DNA of 64,000 nt from Candidatus Krumholzibacteriota bacterium (GTDB lineage: Bacteria > Krumholzibacteriota > Krumholzibacteriia > JAJRXK01). The position numbers and the translations under genes were made by a program. The notes beneath the pieces are model-generated. The model was given only the letters and a program-made list of their open reading frames with translations. It was not told where the DNA came from and did no database searches. The number at the start of each line of letters is the position of its first letter. Within the stretch, counting starts at the first letter, position 1. This document shows, piece by piece, positions 21,719 to 31,448 of this stretch. The stretch covers positions 320,001 to 384,000 of the forward strand of contig CAVXTH010000005.1 of assembly GCA_963764625.1 (NCBI GenBank). Reading direction: 5' to 3'.

Positions 21719-22755
21719 TCATCCGCCCAGACGGATCATCTCGATCTTCTTGTGGTCGGCCGGATCGTAGCCACTCTCGCTCAGGATCGCCTCGAGCCGC
21801 TCCTCGCTGTAACGGTCGCCGCGCTTGACCCACACACCCTCGATCATCGCGCTCAACTGTGCGTCGGTTCGCTCCCTCGCGCATCGGACCACGAAGATCG
21901 AACCCATCCTGCGCGAAGAGACAGGTGACGAGCTTGCCGTCGGCCGTGAGACGAGCGCGGGTGCAGGTGCCGCAGAAGGGATCGCTCACTGATGCGATGA
22001 CCCCGAGAGTGGCGTCTCCCTTTTCACTGACGAACTCCATCGCGGGCGCGCGATCCTCTCTGCGCCCGTGCCTGCGCAGCTTCAACTGGGCCGAGAGAAC
22101 CCGCAGAATCTCCGCTTGCGTCATGGTGCGGCTGAGGTCCCAACCATTCGCCTGCCCCACGTCCATGTATTCGATGAAGCGCAGCTGCAGCGATTCCTGC
22201 CGGGCGAATTCGAAAAGGTCGACGATTTCGTCATCGTTCATCCCGCGCAAAATGACCGCGTTGATCTTCACCGGACCGAGCCCCGCCTCTTTGGCCGCGC
22301 TGATTCCGGCCAGGACCTGAGCGAGCTTTCCCCGGCGATTGATTTGCGCGAAGCGCTCCGGGCGCAGACTGTCGAGACTGACGTTTACCCGATTCAACCC
22401 CGACTCTTTGAGGCGACGCGCGCGGCTCAGGGGTGAGGAGGGATCCGTTCGTGGTGAGACTGATGTCCTTCAGACCGGGAACCTCGCGCAGCATGGCGAC
22501 CAGGTTCTCCAGGTCTTGCCGTACCAGCGGCTCGCCTCCCGTCAGACGCACCCTCTCCACTCCGTGCTGGCAGAACAAAGTGCTCAGGCGCGTCACTTCT
22601 TCATAGCTCAGAATTTCCCGTTTGGGCGTCCAATCGTACTCGTCATTGGGCATGCAATAGGTACAACGGAAATTGCACCGGTCCGTCACGGAGATGCGGA
22701 GATCTCTGAGAGGACGGCCCAGAGTATCGGTGGTCTCGGGTTGGTGGTTCGTCAT
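21719..22755 (-). CDS. moaA: GTP 3',8-cyclase MoaA (2 frameshifts)
   Basis: LRISVTDRCNFRCTYC, FCGTCTRARLTADG...CLF, C-terminal MIRLGG. Confidence 0.95.
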
Positions 22756-22798
22756 GGAGCCATTCTAACTCATCGGGAGAGAGGCGGAGGGCGGCAAA

Positions 22799-23548
22799 TC
22801 AGCTCACACCGCTCAACTTCGACTTCGAGAGCTCCCGATTCAGCATGGCGATGAAGTCGATGCTGATGCCCTTGGGGCAGACGGCCTCGCACTCGGTGTG
22901 GTTGCTGCAGGCCCCGAAGCCCTCGGCATCCATCTGGGCCACCATCTTCGACACCCTCTCCTTCCCCTCGAGCTTGCCCTGTGGCAGAAGCCCCAGATGG
23001 CTTACTTTGGCGGCCACGAACAGCATCGCGCTCGCATTGGGGCACGAGGCCACGCAGGCGCCGCAGCCGATGCAGGCTGCAGCATCCATCGCGCGGTCGC
23101 TCTCGGTCTTGTGGATCGGGGTGGCGTTGGCGTCCTGGGGGCTGCCGGTGCTGACGGAGACGTAGCCCCCCGCCTGGAGAATGCGATCGAATGAAGACCG
23201 ATCGATGACGAGGTCCTTGATGATGGGAAAGCCTCGCGCGCGGAAGGGCTCGATGGTGATCGTATCGCCGTCACGATAGGTGCGCATGTGCACCTGGCAG
23301 GTGGTCGTCTCCTTCATGGGGCCATGGGGCCTTCCGTTGAGGACCAGACTGCACATGCCGCAGATTCCCTCTCGGCAATCGTGATCAAATGCCACGGGAT
23401 CGTCACCCTCGTGAGTGAGTTTCACGTTCAGGTCGTCGAGCATTTCGAGGAACGACTGGTCGGGAGAGACGTCCTTCATCTCGTAGGTGACGAAGCCGCC
23501 CTTCACATTCGGTCCCTTCTGTCGCCAGATCTTCAGCTTGACGTCCAT
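22799..23548 (-). CDS. sdhB: Succinate dehydrogenase/fumarate reductase Fe-S subunit
   Basis: [34 protein letters not shown]. Confidence 0.96.
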   Translation of the reverse strand: MDVKLKIWRQKGPNVKGGFVTYEMKDVSPDQSFLEMLDDLNVKLTHEGDDPVAFDHDCREGICGMCSLVLNGRPHGPMKETTTCQVHMRTYRDGDTITIEPFRARGFPIIKDLVIDRSSFDRILQAGGYVSVSTGSPQDANATPIHKTESDRAMDAAACIGCGACVASCPNASAMLFVAAKVSHLGLLPQGKLEGKERVSKMVAQMDAEGFGACSNHTECEAVCPKGISIDFIAMLNRELSKSKLSGVS

Positions 23549-25458
23549 CACTTGTAACTCCGTGTTGCGAGTTTCACGTTCTCGAACTCGAGAAGTTCCT
23601 TGTGAAGCTCAGGCCTTTCCCCTACTCCCTTGTATTCCCACGCGGCGACGTAAGCGTACTCTTCGTCGTTCCGCACCGCCTCTCCCTCGTCGCTCTGATG
23701 CTCCACCCTCAGGTGCGCCCCGCACGACTCGTCGCGCTGGAGAGCGTCGTAGCAGAGCAGCTCGGCGAACTCGAGGAAGTCGGCCACGCGATTCGCCTTC
23801 TCCAACGACTGGTTGAATTCGTCGATTCCGCCCGGCACACGCACGTCTTCCCAGAATTCCCCGCGCAACTCAGGGATGAGCTGCAGAGCTTTCTTGAGTC
23901 CCTCTTCGCTGCGCGCGAGACCGCAGTACTCCCAGAGGATGCGACCGAGTTTCTTGTGGAATTCATCGCTGCTGCGCTTGCCGCCGATGGCGAGCAGTTT
24001 GAGCATACGATCGCGCGCCGCCCCCTCGGCCTCGGCGAAGGCCGGGTGCGAGGTGTTCACCTCTTCGAGAGAAGTCGACACCAAGTAGTGTCCCAGGGTG
24101 TAGGGAATGACGAAGTAGCCGTCGGCCAGACCCTGCATGAGCGCGCTGGCTCCCAGGCGATTCGCGCCATGATCTGAAAAGTTCGCCTCGCCGAGCACGT
24201 GCAGGCCCGGGATGGTACTCATCAGATGATAGTCGACCCACAGCCCGCCCATTGTGTAGTGAGGCGCGGGGAAGATGCGCATGGGCACTTCATAAGGATT
24301 CTCATCGGTAATGCGCTGATACATCTCGAAGAGATTGCCGTAGCGGGCCTCGATGACATCCTTGCCCAACCGGCTGATCGCGTCCTTGAAGTCGAGATAG
24401 ACCGCGTTGCCTCCGCCAATGCCCCTGCCCTCGTCACAAACCTCCTTGGCCGAACGCGAGGAGACGTCGCGAGGGGCTAGATTGCCGAAACTGGGGTACT
24501 TGCGCTCCAGGTAGTAGTCGCGCTCGTCTTCGGGAATCTCGCCCGGTTTGCGGTTGTCGTTCACCTTCTTGCTCACCCACACGCGGCCATCGTTGCGCAG
24601 TGACTCGCTCATGAGCGTCAATTTACTCTGCCGCTCCCCGTGTAGGGGAATACAGGTGGGATGAATCTGCGTGTAACACGGATTCGCGAAGGCCGCGCCC
24701 TTCTTGTGCGCGCGGAACGCCGCGTTCACGTTGCAGTTCATCGCATTCGTGCTCAGGTAGAACACCGGAGAGAAGCCGCCGGTGGCGAGCAGAACCGCGT
24801 GCGCGGCGTGGCTCTCGATCTTCCCCGTCACCAGGTTGCGCACCACGATGCCACGCGCCTTGCCGTTCACGACCACCAGGTCGAGCATTTCGGTGCGGGG
24901 ATACATTTTTACTTTCCCCGTGTTGATCTGGCGGTTCAACGCGCCGTAGGCGCCGAGCAGAAGCTGCTGCCCCGTCTGGCCGCGCGCGTAGAAGGTGCGG
25001 GAAACCTGAGCCCCCCCAAACGAGCGCGTGGCCAACATTCCGCCGTATTCACGCGCGAAGGGCACACCCTGGGCGACACATTGATCGATGATGCTGTTGC
25101 TTACCTGGGCCAGACGGTACACGTTCGCCTCGCGGCTGCGGAAGTCTCCCCCCTTCACCGTGTCGTAGAAGAGGCGGAAGATGCTGTCCCCGTCGTTCGG
25201 GTAGTTCTTCGCCGCGTTGATTCCGCCCTGGGCCGCAATGCTGTGCGCGCGGCGAGGACTGTCCTGGAAGCAAAAGCTCTTCACTTCGTAACCGAGCTCA
25301 GCCAAGCTCGCCGCGGCCGAGGCGCCGGCCAGTCCGGTGCCGACGACGATCACCGTAAACTTCCGCTTGTTGGCTGGGTTGACCAGTTTCATGTCGAAAC
25401 GATGTTGGTCCCACTTTTCCTCGATCGACCCACCTGGAACATTACTTTGGAGTTTCAT
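23548..25458 (-). CDS. sdhA: Succinate dehydrogenase/fumarate reductase flavoprotein
   Basis: [35 protein letters not shown]; start MKLQSN at 25458. Confidence 0.97.
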   Translation of the reverse strand: MKLQSNVPGGSIEEKWDQHRFDMKLVNPANKRKFTVIVVGTGLAGASAAASLAELGYEVKSFCFQDSPRRAHSIAAQGGINAAKNYPNDGDSIFRLFYDTVKGGDFRSREANVYRLAQVSNSIIDQCVAQGVPFAREYGGMLATRSFGGAQVSRTFYARGQTGQQLLLGAYGALNRQINTGKVKMYPRTEMLDLVVVNGKARGIVVRNLVTGKIESHAAHAVLLATGGFSPVFYLSTNAMNCNVNAAFRAHKKGAAFANPCYTQIHPTCIPLHGERQSKLTLMSESLRNDGRVWVSKKVNDNRKPGEIPEDERDYYLERKYPSFGNLAPRDVSSRSAKEVCDEGRGIGGGNAVYLDFKDAISRLGKDVIEARYGNLFEMYQRITDENPYEVPMRIFPAPHYTMGGLWVDYHLMSTIPGLHVLGEANFSDHGANRLGASALMQGLADGYFVIPYTLGHYLVSTSLEEVNTSHPAFAEAEGAARDRMLKLLAIGGKRSSDEFHKKLGRILWEYCGLARSEEGLKKALQLIPELRGEFWEDVRVPGGIDEFNQSLEKANRVADFLEFAELLCYDALQRDESCGAHLRVEHQSDEGEAVRNDEEYAYVAAWEYKGVGERPELHKELLEFENVKLATRSYK

Positions 25459-25469
25459 GGCATCCCTTT

Positions 25470-26165
25470 CTAGTGAACTCTGCCGATGAGGATCGCCAGA
25501 GGGATGAGAATATTCCCGGCGCTCACGAGGACAGCGATTGCCACGGCTAGGGTGCGCCGCCACTGCTTGTGATTCGGATTCGCCACTCCCAGGGTCTGAA
25601 AAGCACTCCAGATGCCGTGATAGAGGTGCAGCCCAAGGAAGATCATGGCCACGATGTAAAAGGCGGAGACCCACCAGACGGAAAAGGTGAGCACCATGTT
25701 GTGGTGCACCTGACCGTGCGCAAACCCTCCGCCCGGGAAGAGACCTCCCGTGGTGAGATTGAGCAGATGGAAGATGATGAACGCGGCGAGAATGATCCCG
25801 CCCACGCGCATGGTGCGCGAGGCCAGAGTCGAGGAGACCGATTCGCGTTTCTGGTAATCCTGCGGCCGTGCCAGAGCGCTCATACGCCACACCGCGATGG
25901 CCGACCAGATGTGCAGAATTGCGGTAACGAGGAGTCCGATGCGGAAGATCCAGAGCACGTTGCCCCGGCTGAACACCGGGTACCCCACGGTCCTCAGAAA
26001 CTCTCCGTAGGCGTCGATCTTGTAAACGCCGTCGTGCGCGGGGACGAAGACCTTGAGATTGCCGAGCATGTGGATGACGACAAAGGCCACGAGTATGAAC
26101 CCGGTGACCGCCATCACGATCTTCTTCCCGATGGAAGACCGGTAAAGATTCACCACCCGCTGCAT
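25470..26165 (-). CDS. sdhC: Succinate dehydrogenase cytochrome b subunit
   Basis: [18 protein letters not shown], five TM helices with His ligands, [11 protein letters not shown]. Confidence 0.95.
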   Translation of the reverse strand: MQRVVNLYRSSIGKKIVMAVTGFILVAFVVIHMLGNLKVFVPAHDGVYKIDAYGEFLRTVGYPVFSRGNVLWIFRIGLLVTAILHIWSAIAVWRMSALARPQDYQKRESVSSTLASRTMRVGGIILAAFIIFHLLNLTTGGLFPGGGFAHGQVHHNMVLTFSVWWVSAFYIVAMIFLGLHLYHGIWSAFQTLGVANPNHKQWRRTLAVAIAVLVSAGNILIPLAILIGRVH

Positions 26166-26352
26166 TTCTACTCCATACGATAAGGCAAGGCGCCGTAACC
26201 CAAGGGGCCATTACCCAAAGGGCTAGGTGCGGAAATTCGCCGGCGAATGAAGAGCGGAAACGACACTCGGCCCTGCATCACCGGGGCGGGTAAACAACTG
26301 GAAATATTGATCCTCGGAGCGACTTTAGGCAAGGATCCATTCGAAAAGGTCG

Positions 26353-27083
26353 TCAGTCTCCCCGTCGAATGCGGGGAATCAGCCGCGGCACGCGTTCACG
26401 ATACCTGAGATAGGATTCCCCGTGCACCACCACCAGGTCCCTCTCCTCCAACGGAAGCGCGAGAAGGATGTACAGAGTCCCGCAGATCGCCATGAACAGT
26501 CGATCGGCACTCATGTGGGCGGTGCCCCACAAGAGCAGAATCACCCCGGCCTGGATGGGATGACGAACCACTCGATAGAAAAGTGGGGTCACCAGCGGGG
26601 GCGCCGTGTAACCGCGTCCCGTCAGCGCCAGCAGCGGACGGCGCAGACCCATGAGATCGAGGCCATCGATGAGGGTGCTGGAGAGCAGGGCCACGAGAAA
26701 CCCCAGGGCCCCAACTCCGTCAGCGAGAAGAGAGAGCGGAAGATGCAGGCTCCAGATGGTTCCAGCAAGAGGCTGCCACAGGAACACTAGGGTGAGAGTC
26801 ACCGCAGCGGAGAAGAAGACGTACAGCGTTCGTTCGGGAAGAAATGGCGCGGCGCGACCGAGCCAGTTCTTGAAGGGGGTCCGCGCCATGACGCTGTGCT
26901 GCACGCCGAAGAACACCCAGAGGGCAAGATTCATCGCTAAACGGGCCCCCAACGGCTGAATCGGTCCAAGGAAGGGCGCTGCGGGGATCGGGACTCCCAC
27001 GAGCAAGAGTCCGAAGAGGGCCAAGGAGAGAGCGCGAGAGCGGCGCTGAAGAGTGCGCTTGAAAGCGACAACAGAACGGCCAT
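26353..27083 (-). CDS. Isoprenylcysteine carboxyl methyltransferase / methanethiol S-methyltransferase (MddA-like) membrane protein
   Basis: FGVQHSVMAR, ERTLYV, YRVVRHP, EERDL, YRERVP. ATG at 27083 is out of frame, so the N-terminus is uncertain. Confidence 0.75.
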
Positions 27084-27109
27084 GAGAGTCTTCCCGTGCA
27101 TTCGCGGGG

Positions 27110-27670
27110 TCAGCGCATCGACTCGTCCGTGGTGGTGGAGTCGCCCTCGAGTGGCCGCGGGGAATCGCCCAGCAAGGCCTCGATCTCAGCCGCGAGGCGC
27201 TCGCGGCTGTCGGGCCGATAGCCGAGGTGAACCGCAACCGCGTGTCGGCGCTGATCGATGAGGACGGCGGTGGGCAGACTGCTCACTCCGTACTCCCGCG
27301 CCACTCTCTTGTCCTTGTCGATCGCGACGTAGAAAGGGAGTTCCTGGGCCTGGCGATAGGCCTCCACCTTTTCGGCCATCTGTGGCAGATCCTGGCTGAC
27401 GGCGAGTATCCGAAATCCGCGTCCCGAGTAGCGCTGGTAGAGCTCGACGTATTCGGGCATGGCCTTACGGCAGGGACTGCACCAGGTGGCCCAAAAGTCC
27501 ACGAGCACGGGACCGTCCTTCACCAGCTCCGAGAGCTTGACCGATCCCTTCTCCCCCACGAGCGACAACTTGATCTCCGGGGCCCGGCCCAAGTCCTGGA
27601 ACTCCACTTTCGGAGTAGCGGTCTCGCTCGCGGGCAAAACGAACAGTAAGATCGCCAGTAGCAGATTCAC
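27110..27670 (-). CDS. TlpA-family thiol-disulfide oxidoreductase
   Basis: Signal peptide, DFWATWCSPC, cis-Pro loop SLPT. Confidence 0.92.
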   Translation of the reverse strand: MNLLLAILLFVLPASETATPKVEFQDLGRAPEIKLSLVGEKGSVKLSELVKDGPVLVDFWATWCSPCRKAMPEYVELYQRYSGRGFRILAVSQDLPQMAEKVEAYRQAQELPFYVAIDKDKRVAREYGVSSLPTAVLIDQRRHAVAVHLGYRPDSRERLAAEIEALLGDSPRPLEGDSTTTDESMR

Positions 27671-28470
27671 TTGCCCATCTCTTTCTCGGCCATGGCCCGA
27701 AGACCCACGAGGTCGGTATGGCTCGATTCGAGGATGTCCCCCAGATCGGACTTCGATCCGTCGGAGAACATGGTCTTGCGATGACCACCCGAGACCATGT
27801 CGGTGTTGCCTTTGCGGCGCTCGGCCCGCACTTCACCTTCGAGTACGCAGAGGCAGGTTCCCTCAGGGGTACACATGAGTTTGAAGCAGGTTCCGGTGAC
27901 CTCGATGATGCTCTCGGATGTGTTGAGGACCAAATGCGAGCCCGGAAAGCGCGGACCGGTGATCCATCCCACCGAGCCGGTTTCGATCGTACCCTCCATG
28001 CGGCGGTTGAACCAACGACCAGGCGCGTTGGGAAGCGACACGGTCGCTCCACCATAAAGCTCGGCCATCACGATTCCACCTTGCTTGAAATAGGCGCGGG
28101 AATCCTCCGCGATCTCGACTTTGGAGCCACCGTGCAGCAGGGCCCGAACCGCATCCGGATCGCTCAGGGCAACACTGACACCATCGATGGTGGCGTTGCC
28201 CTCGCCCTCGACCAGCGTCCAGGCGGGGCCGCGGTTGAGAAGCCCGACCATGAGCACCAGCACCGCGGCGGCGGCCAGAGGCACCGCGACACGAAAATAC
28301 CAAGGACGGAGTGGCGCAGCCGGGAGACGCGATTGCAGCTCTCCACTGACGAAGTCCTGCTTGAGCCGGGCTCGAAACGCTGGATCGGCCTTAGGCGCAT
28401 CGAGCCCCGCGAGCGCATCCTTCGCCCGCTGTTGCGAGGGACTCAAGTGCTTGTTCTCTTCCGTATTCAT
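27667..28470 (-). CDS. FecR-domain anti-sigma factor
   Basis: ADPAFRARL, one TM helix, IEVTGTCF...VLEGEV; start overlaps the ECF sigma stop. Confidence 0.8.
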   Translation of the reverse strand: MNTEENKHLSPSQQRAKDALAGLDAPKADPAFRARLKQDFVSGELQSRLPAAPLRPWYFRVAVPLAAAAVLVLMVGLLNRGPAWTLVEGEGNATIDGVSVALSDPDAVRALLHGGSKVEIAEDSRAYFKQGGIVMAELYGGATVSLPNAPGRWFNRRMEGTIETGSVGWITGPRFPGSHLVLNTSESIIEVTGTCFKLMCTPEGTCLCVLEGEVRAERRKGNTDMVSGGHRKTMFSDGSKSDLGDILESSHTDLVGLRAMAEKEMGK

Positions 28471-29099
28471 TCCCAAGTGTCCTCGAGGAGTTCCCCCAGC
28501 GCGCTGAGAGCGCGCGAATACCGCTTGCGGATCGCGCTGTAACTGGCTCCGACGATCTCCGCGATTTCCTGATGCCCCAGTCCTTGATAGTCGTGGAGAA
28601 CGACGACTTCGCGCAGGGCTTCGGGCAGACGGCGGATGGCCTCCTGAACCATCTTCTGGCCTTCCTTGCGCAGAAGCTCCCCCTCCGGAGTGGTGGTCTC
28701 TCGGAGCAGCGAAGCCCCCCATTCGGGTTCTTCATCGATAGAAACGGCGGCTTTGCTCATCTTGTGACCGCTGGAGCGAAAAAGATCGCGGCATACGTTC
28801 GTGGTGATGGTCAGGACCCACGGGGTGGGATTCCGATCGGGATCGATGCGATGCGCCGCCCGGTGAAGCTTCAGGAAGACCTCCTGGGTGGCGTCCTCCG
28901 CCGCCGGATGGTCCGACAGAAGGCGAAAGGCGAGACCGTAGATCTGGTCGAAGATCCGCTCGAAGAAGCGCTCCAGCGCCTTCGGATCGCGCCGACGAAC
29001 CCCCTCCAGCTCCTCCCGGGACCAGCGCGCCTCGTCCGGGGGCGCGGAGACCGGGGCAGACTTGGAATGGGCGTCTTGCGCTTCTGGGGTCATCGACAC
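28467..29099 (-). CDS. ECF sigma factor (sigma70 family)
   Basis: AEDATQEVF, WVLTITTN, LPEALREVVVL...QEIAEIVG. Confidence 0.93.
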   Translation of the reverse strand: MSMTPEAQDAHSKSAPVSAPPDEARWSREELEGVRRRDPKALERFFERIFDQIYGLAFRLLSDHPAAEDATQEVFLKLHRAAHRIDPDRNPTPWVLTITTNVCRDLFRSSGHKMSKAAVSIDEEPEWGASLLRETTTPEGELLRKEGQKMVQEAIRRLPEALREVVVLHDYQGLGHQEIAEIVGASYSAIRKRYSRALSALGELLEDTWE

Positions 29100-29105
29100 G
29101 AATCT

Positions 29106-29570
29106 TTACTTTTTGTTCGCCTTCAGTCCGTTCACCCAGGCTTCGAACGCGGCCTTGTCGGCCGCGCTGAGGCGCGCTTTCGGGTGCAGGGGAAGATAAT
29201 ACCAGAGCGGCATTTCCCCCTCGTGAATCTGTTCCTGGGCCTCCTGGAGCTTGTGGAGTGCCGCATCTCCGGTGTAGTCGGCCCAGCGCGAGAAGTTCAG
29301 GTGGTGGCGAGCCTCCTTGGCGTCGTAAGTCACCAGCCAAGAGGTCGGGGCGACGTGCGCGTACCAGGGCCAGCGTGTGTGGTAACTATGGCAATCATAG
29401 CACGAGCGCTGGAGCATGCTCGCGACCTCCGGCGGAGGAGAGAGCATGGCGAGCATGTCCGTGGACTCGGGTGCGGGGGGATTGCTCAGATCGGGCCGAA
29501 TCAACTGGGCCAGAGCCAGCAAGACCACCAACCCGAGCAGGCCGTTGCGAGCCAACCGGCGCTTTGTCAT
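29106..29570 (-). CDS. Haem-binding domain cytochrome c
   Basis: SCYDCHS, WPWY, HLNFS, GEMPL..Y..LHP. Confidence 0.9.
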   Translation of the reverse strand: MTKRRLARNGLLGLVVLLALAQLIRPDLSNPPAPESTDMLAMLSPPPEVASMLQRSCYDCHSYHTRWPWYAHVAPTSWLVTYDAKEARHHLNFSRWADYTGDAALHKLQEAQEQIHEGEMPLWYYLPLHPKARLSAADKAAFEAWVNGLKANKK

Positions 29571-29582
29571 CTCTTTATCCTC

Positions 29583-30773
29583 CTAGTAGCGAGCCATCGA
29601 GGGATCGACTCGTTTTGCCCAGGCTTCGATCCCTCCCACGAGATTCCGCGCATTCTTGAAACCGGCCCGGCGCAGAAAGGCCACCGCGTGCGCGCTGCGG
29701 ATTCCGTGGTGGCACATCACCACGGTCTCCCGGTTCGGGTCGAGCTCCGCGAGGCGCGCCGGTAGCTGACCCAGAGGAATGTGCCTGGCGTCGTCCAGAC
29801 GGCAGATCTCAAGTTCCTGCGCTTCGCGAACGTCCACCACCAGCGGCGAACCGGAACCTTGGCGCCGCTTGAACAACTCGTCCACGTAAATGTCGGCATG
29901 GGGCTTTGCGCTCGGCGTCGCTTCCACCTCGACTTCTTTCGGGCTTTCTGGCATTCCGCAGATCGCATCGTAATCGAGCAACTCCGTGATGCTCGGGTTC
30001 TCACCGCACACGGGACACTGTGGATCGCGCCGCAATGTGAGCGTCCGAAGATTCATTTGCAGTCCATCGAAGAGCAACATCCGGCCGATCAAAGGGGTTC
30101 CGATGGAGAGGATCACCTTGATCACTTCCATGCCCTGGATCGCCCCCATGATTCCCGGCAGGACGCCGAGAACCCCCCCTTCGGCGCACGATTCGACCAT
30201 ACCGGGAGGCGGAGGATCGGGGAAAAGGCAGCGATAGCAGGGACCCTTGCCGGCCCAGAACACCGAGGCCTGGCCCTCGAAACGCAAAATGCTGGCGTGG
30301 ACGTTGGGCCTCTTCAGAAACACGCAGGCATCATTCACCAGATACCGGGTTGCGAAGTTGTCCGAACCGTCGGCGATGACATCGTACTGGGAGAGAATGG
30401 ACCGCGCGTTCTCTCGCGAAAACCGTACCGCGTGTTTGATCAGTTGCACGTGGGGATTGATGCCCTGGAGGTGTTCGACCGCGGCATCGAGTTTCGCGCG
30501 GCCGATATCCTCGTCGGTGTAGAGAATCTGCCGCTGCAGATTGGAGATCTCTACCGTGTCGAAATCAACTAGTCCGATTCTTCCAACACCCGCCGCCGCG
30601 AGATAGATGGCGAGCGGCGATCCAAGTCCCCCCGCTCCCACGACCAGAACACTGCTCGCTTTGAGTTTGCTCTGCCCGGAAAGACCCACCTCGGGCAAGA
30701 CGAGATGGCGTCCGTAGCGGCGGATCTCCTGGTGGGAAAGCCCGTTCTTGGGGGCCTTCGGGGAGCGCATCAT
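29583..30773 (-). CDS. moeB: Molybdopterin-synthase adenylyltransferase with rhodanese domain
   Basis: RYGRHL, GAGGLG, SNLQRQ, CYRC, CPVC, CHHGIRS. Confidence 0.95.
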   Translation of the reverse strand: MMRSPKAPKNGLSHQEIRRYGRHLVLPEVGLSGQSKLKASSVLVVGAGGLGSPLAIYLAAAGVGRIGLVDFDTVEISNLQRQILYTDEDIGRAKLDAAVEHLQGINPHVQLIKHAVRFSRENARSILSQYDVIADGSDNFATRYLVNDACVFLKRPNVHASILRFEGQASVFWAGKGPCYRCLFPDPPPPGMVESCAEGGVLGVLPGIMGAIQGMEVIKVILSIGTPLIGRMLLFDGLQMNLRTLTLRRDPQCPVCGENPSITELLDYDAICGMPESPKEVEVEATPSAKPHADIYVDELFKRRQGSGSPLVVDVREAQELEICRLDDARHIPLGQLPARLAELDPNRETVVMCHHGIRSAHAVAFLRRAGFKNARNLVGGIEAWAKRVDPSMARY

Positions 30774-30776
30774 CGA

Positions 30777-31196
30777 CTACTCTCCCAGAAGGTGAGCGCT
30801 CACGCGACGGGTGTGCCCGTGCGAGCGATGTTCGCAGAGGTAGATCCCCTGCCATGTTCCCAGGGTGGGAGAGCCGTCATCGACTGGCAGACTGAGGCTC
30901 GTATTCGTGAGGGCGCTGCGGACGTGCGCCGGCATGTCGTCGGGACCCTCGATGGTGTGGCGAAAGATCGGATCTCCGTCGGGTACCAGGCGCGCGAGGA
31001 AACGCTCGAGATCGGATTGCACGGTGGGATCGTAGTTCTCCTGCACGAGAAGAGACGCCGAGGTGTGACGAATTTGCAGGGTGAGCAGGCCCTGTCGAAC
31101 TCTCGTCGACTTGACCCAGGCCCGCACCACCTCGGTGAAGTCGAGCATCTTCTTGCCCTGCGTGGTGAGCACAAATTCCGTGAGCTCCTGCCGCAT
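30777..31196 (-). CDS. yjbQ: YjbQ (UPF0047) family protein
   Basis: HTSASL..QEN.DP, EGPDDMPAH, LGTWQGIYLCEHR. Confidence 0.93.
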   Translation of the reverse strand: MRQELTEFVLTTQGKKMLDFTEVVRAWVKSTRVRQGLLTLQIRHTSASLLVQENYDPTVQSDLERFLARLVPDGDPIFRHTIEGPDDMPAHVRSALTNTSLSLPVDDGSPTLGTWQGIYLCEHRSHGHTRRVSAHLLGE

Positions 31197-31264
31197 GCCG
31201 ACTCCCGGTTCGAGGTCTCCGCAAGAGTATAGGGTAGTTCGACCGCTCATCAAGCGACGGGGAT

Positions 31265-31440
31265 GGCCGCCCCCTCACGAGCGTAGAGGCGCTTCTGTGC
31301 CCTTAGAGCAGCAAAGGCCCATCATCGGAGCTCGAGGCTTAGCCGCGCCAAAGCTCGCGGAAGCGCCTCTCCGCTCCGATGATGGGCCTTTTCCTACTCT
31401 TTCCGCACAGCCAAGCCTCTACGCTCGTGAGGGGGCGGCC
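31265..31440. repeat. 176-nt fold-back (rod) element with nested inverted repeats
   Basis: 31265-31290 is the exact reverse complement of 31415-31440 (26 bp); 31313-31331 of 31373-31391 (19 bp); shorter paired blocks between and inside. Confidence 0.9.
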
Positions 31441-31448
31441 CTCCTGTT

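Noticed and set aside
21719-22755. moaA and other broken genes as true pseudogenes
   Set aside because: Catalytic motifs are intact and only indels are seen, so sequencing error is more likely.
23548-26211. 887-aa SdhA with a long N-terminal extension
   Set aside because: The extension overlaps sdhC in another frame; the real start with an RBS is 25458.
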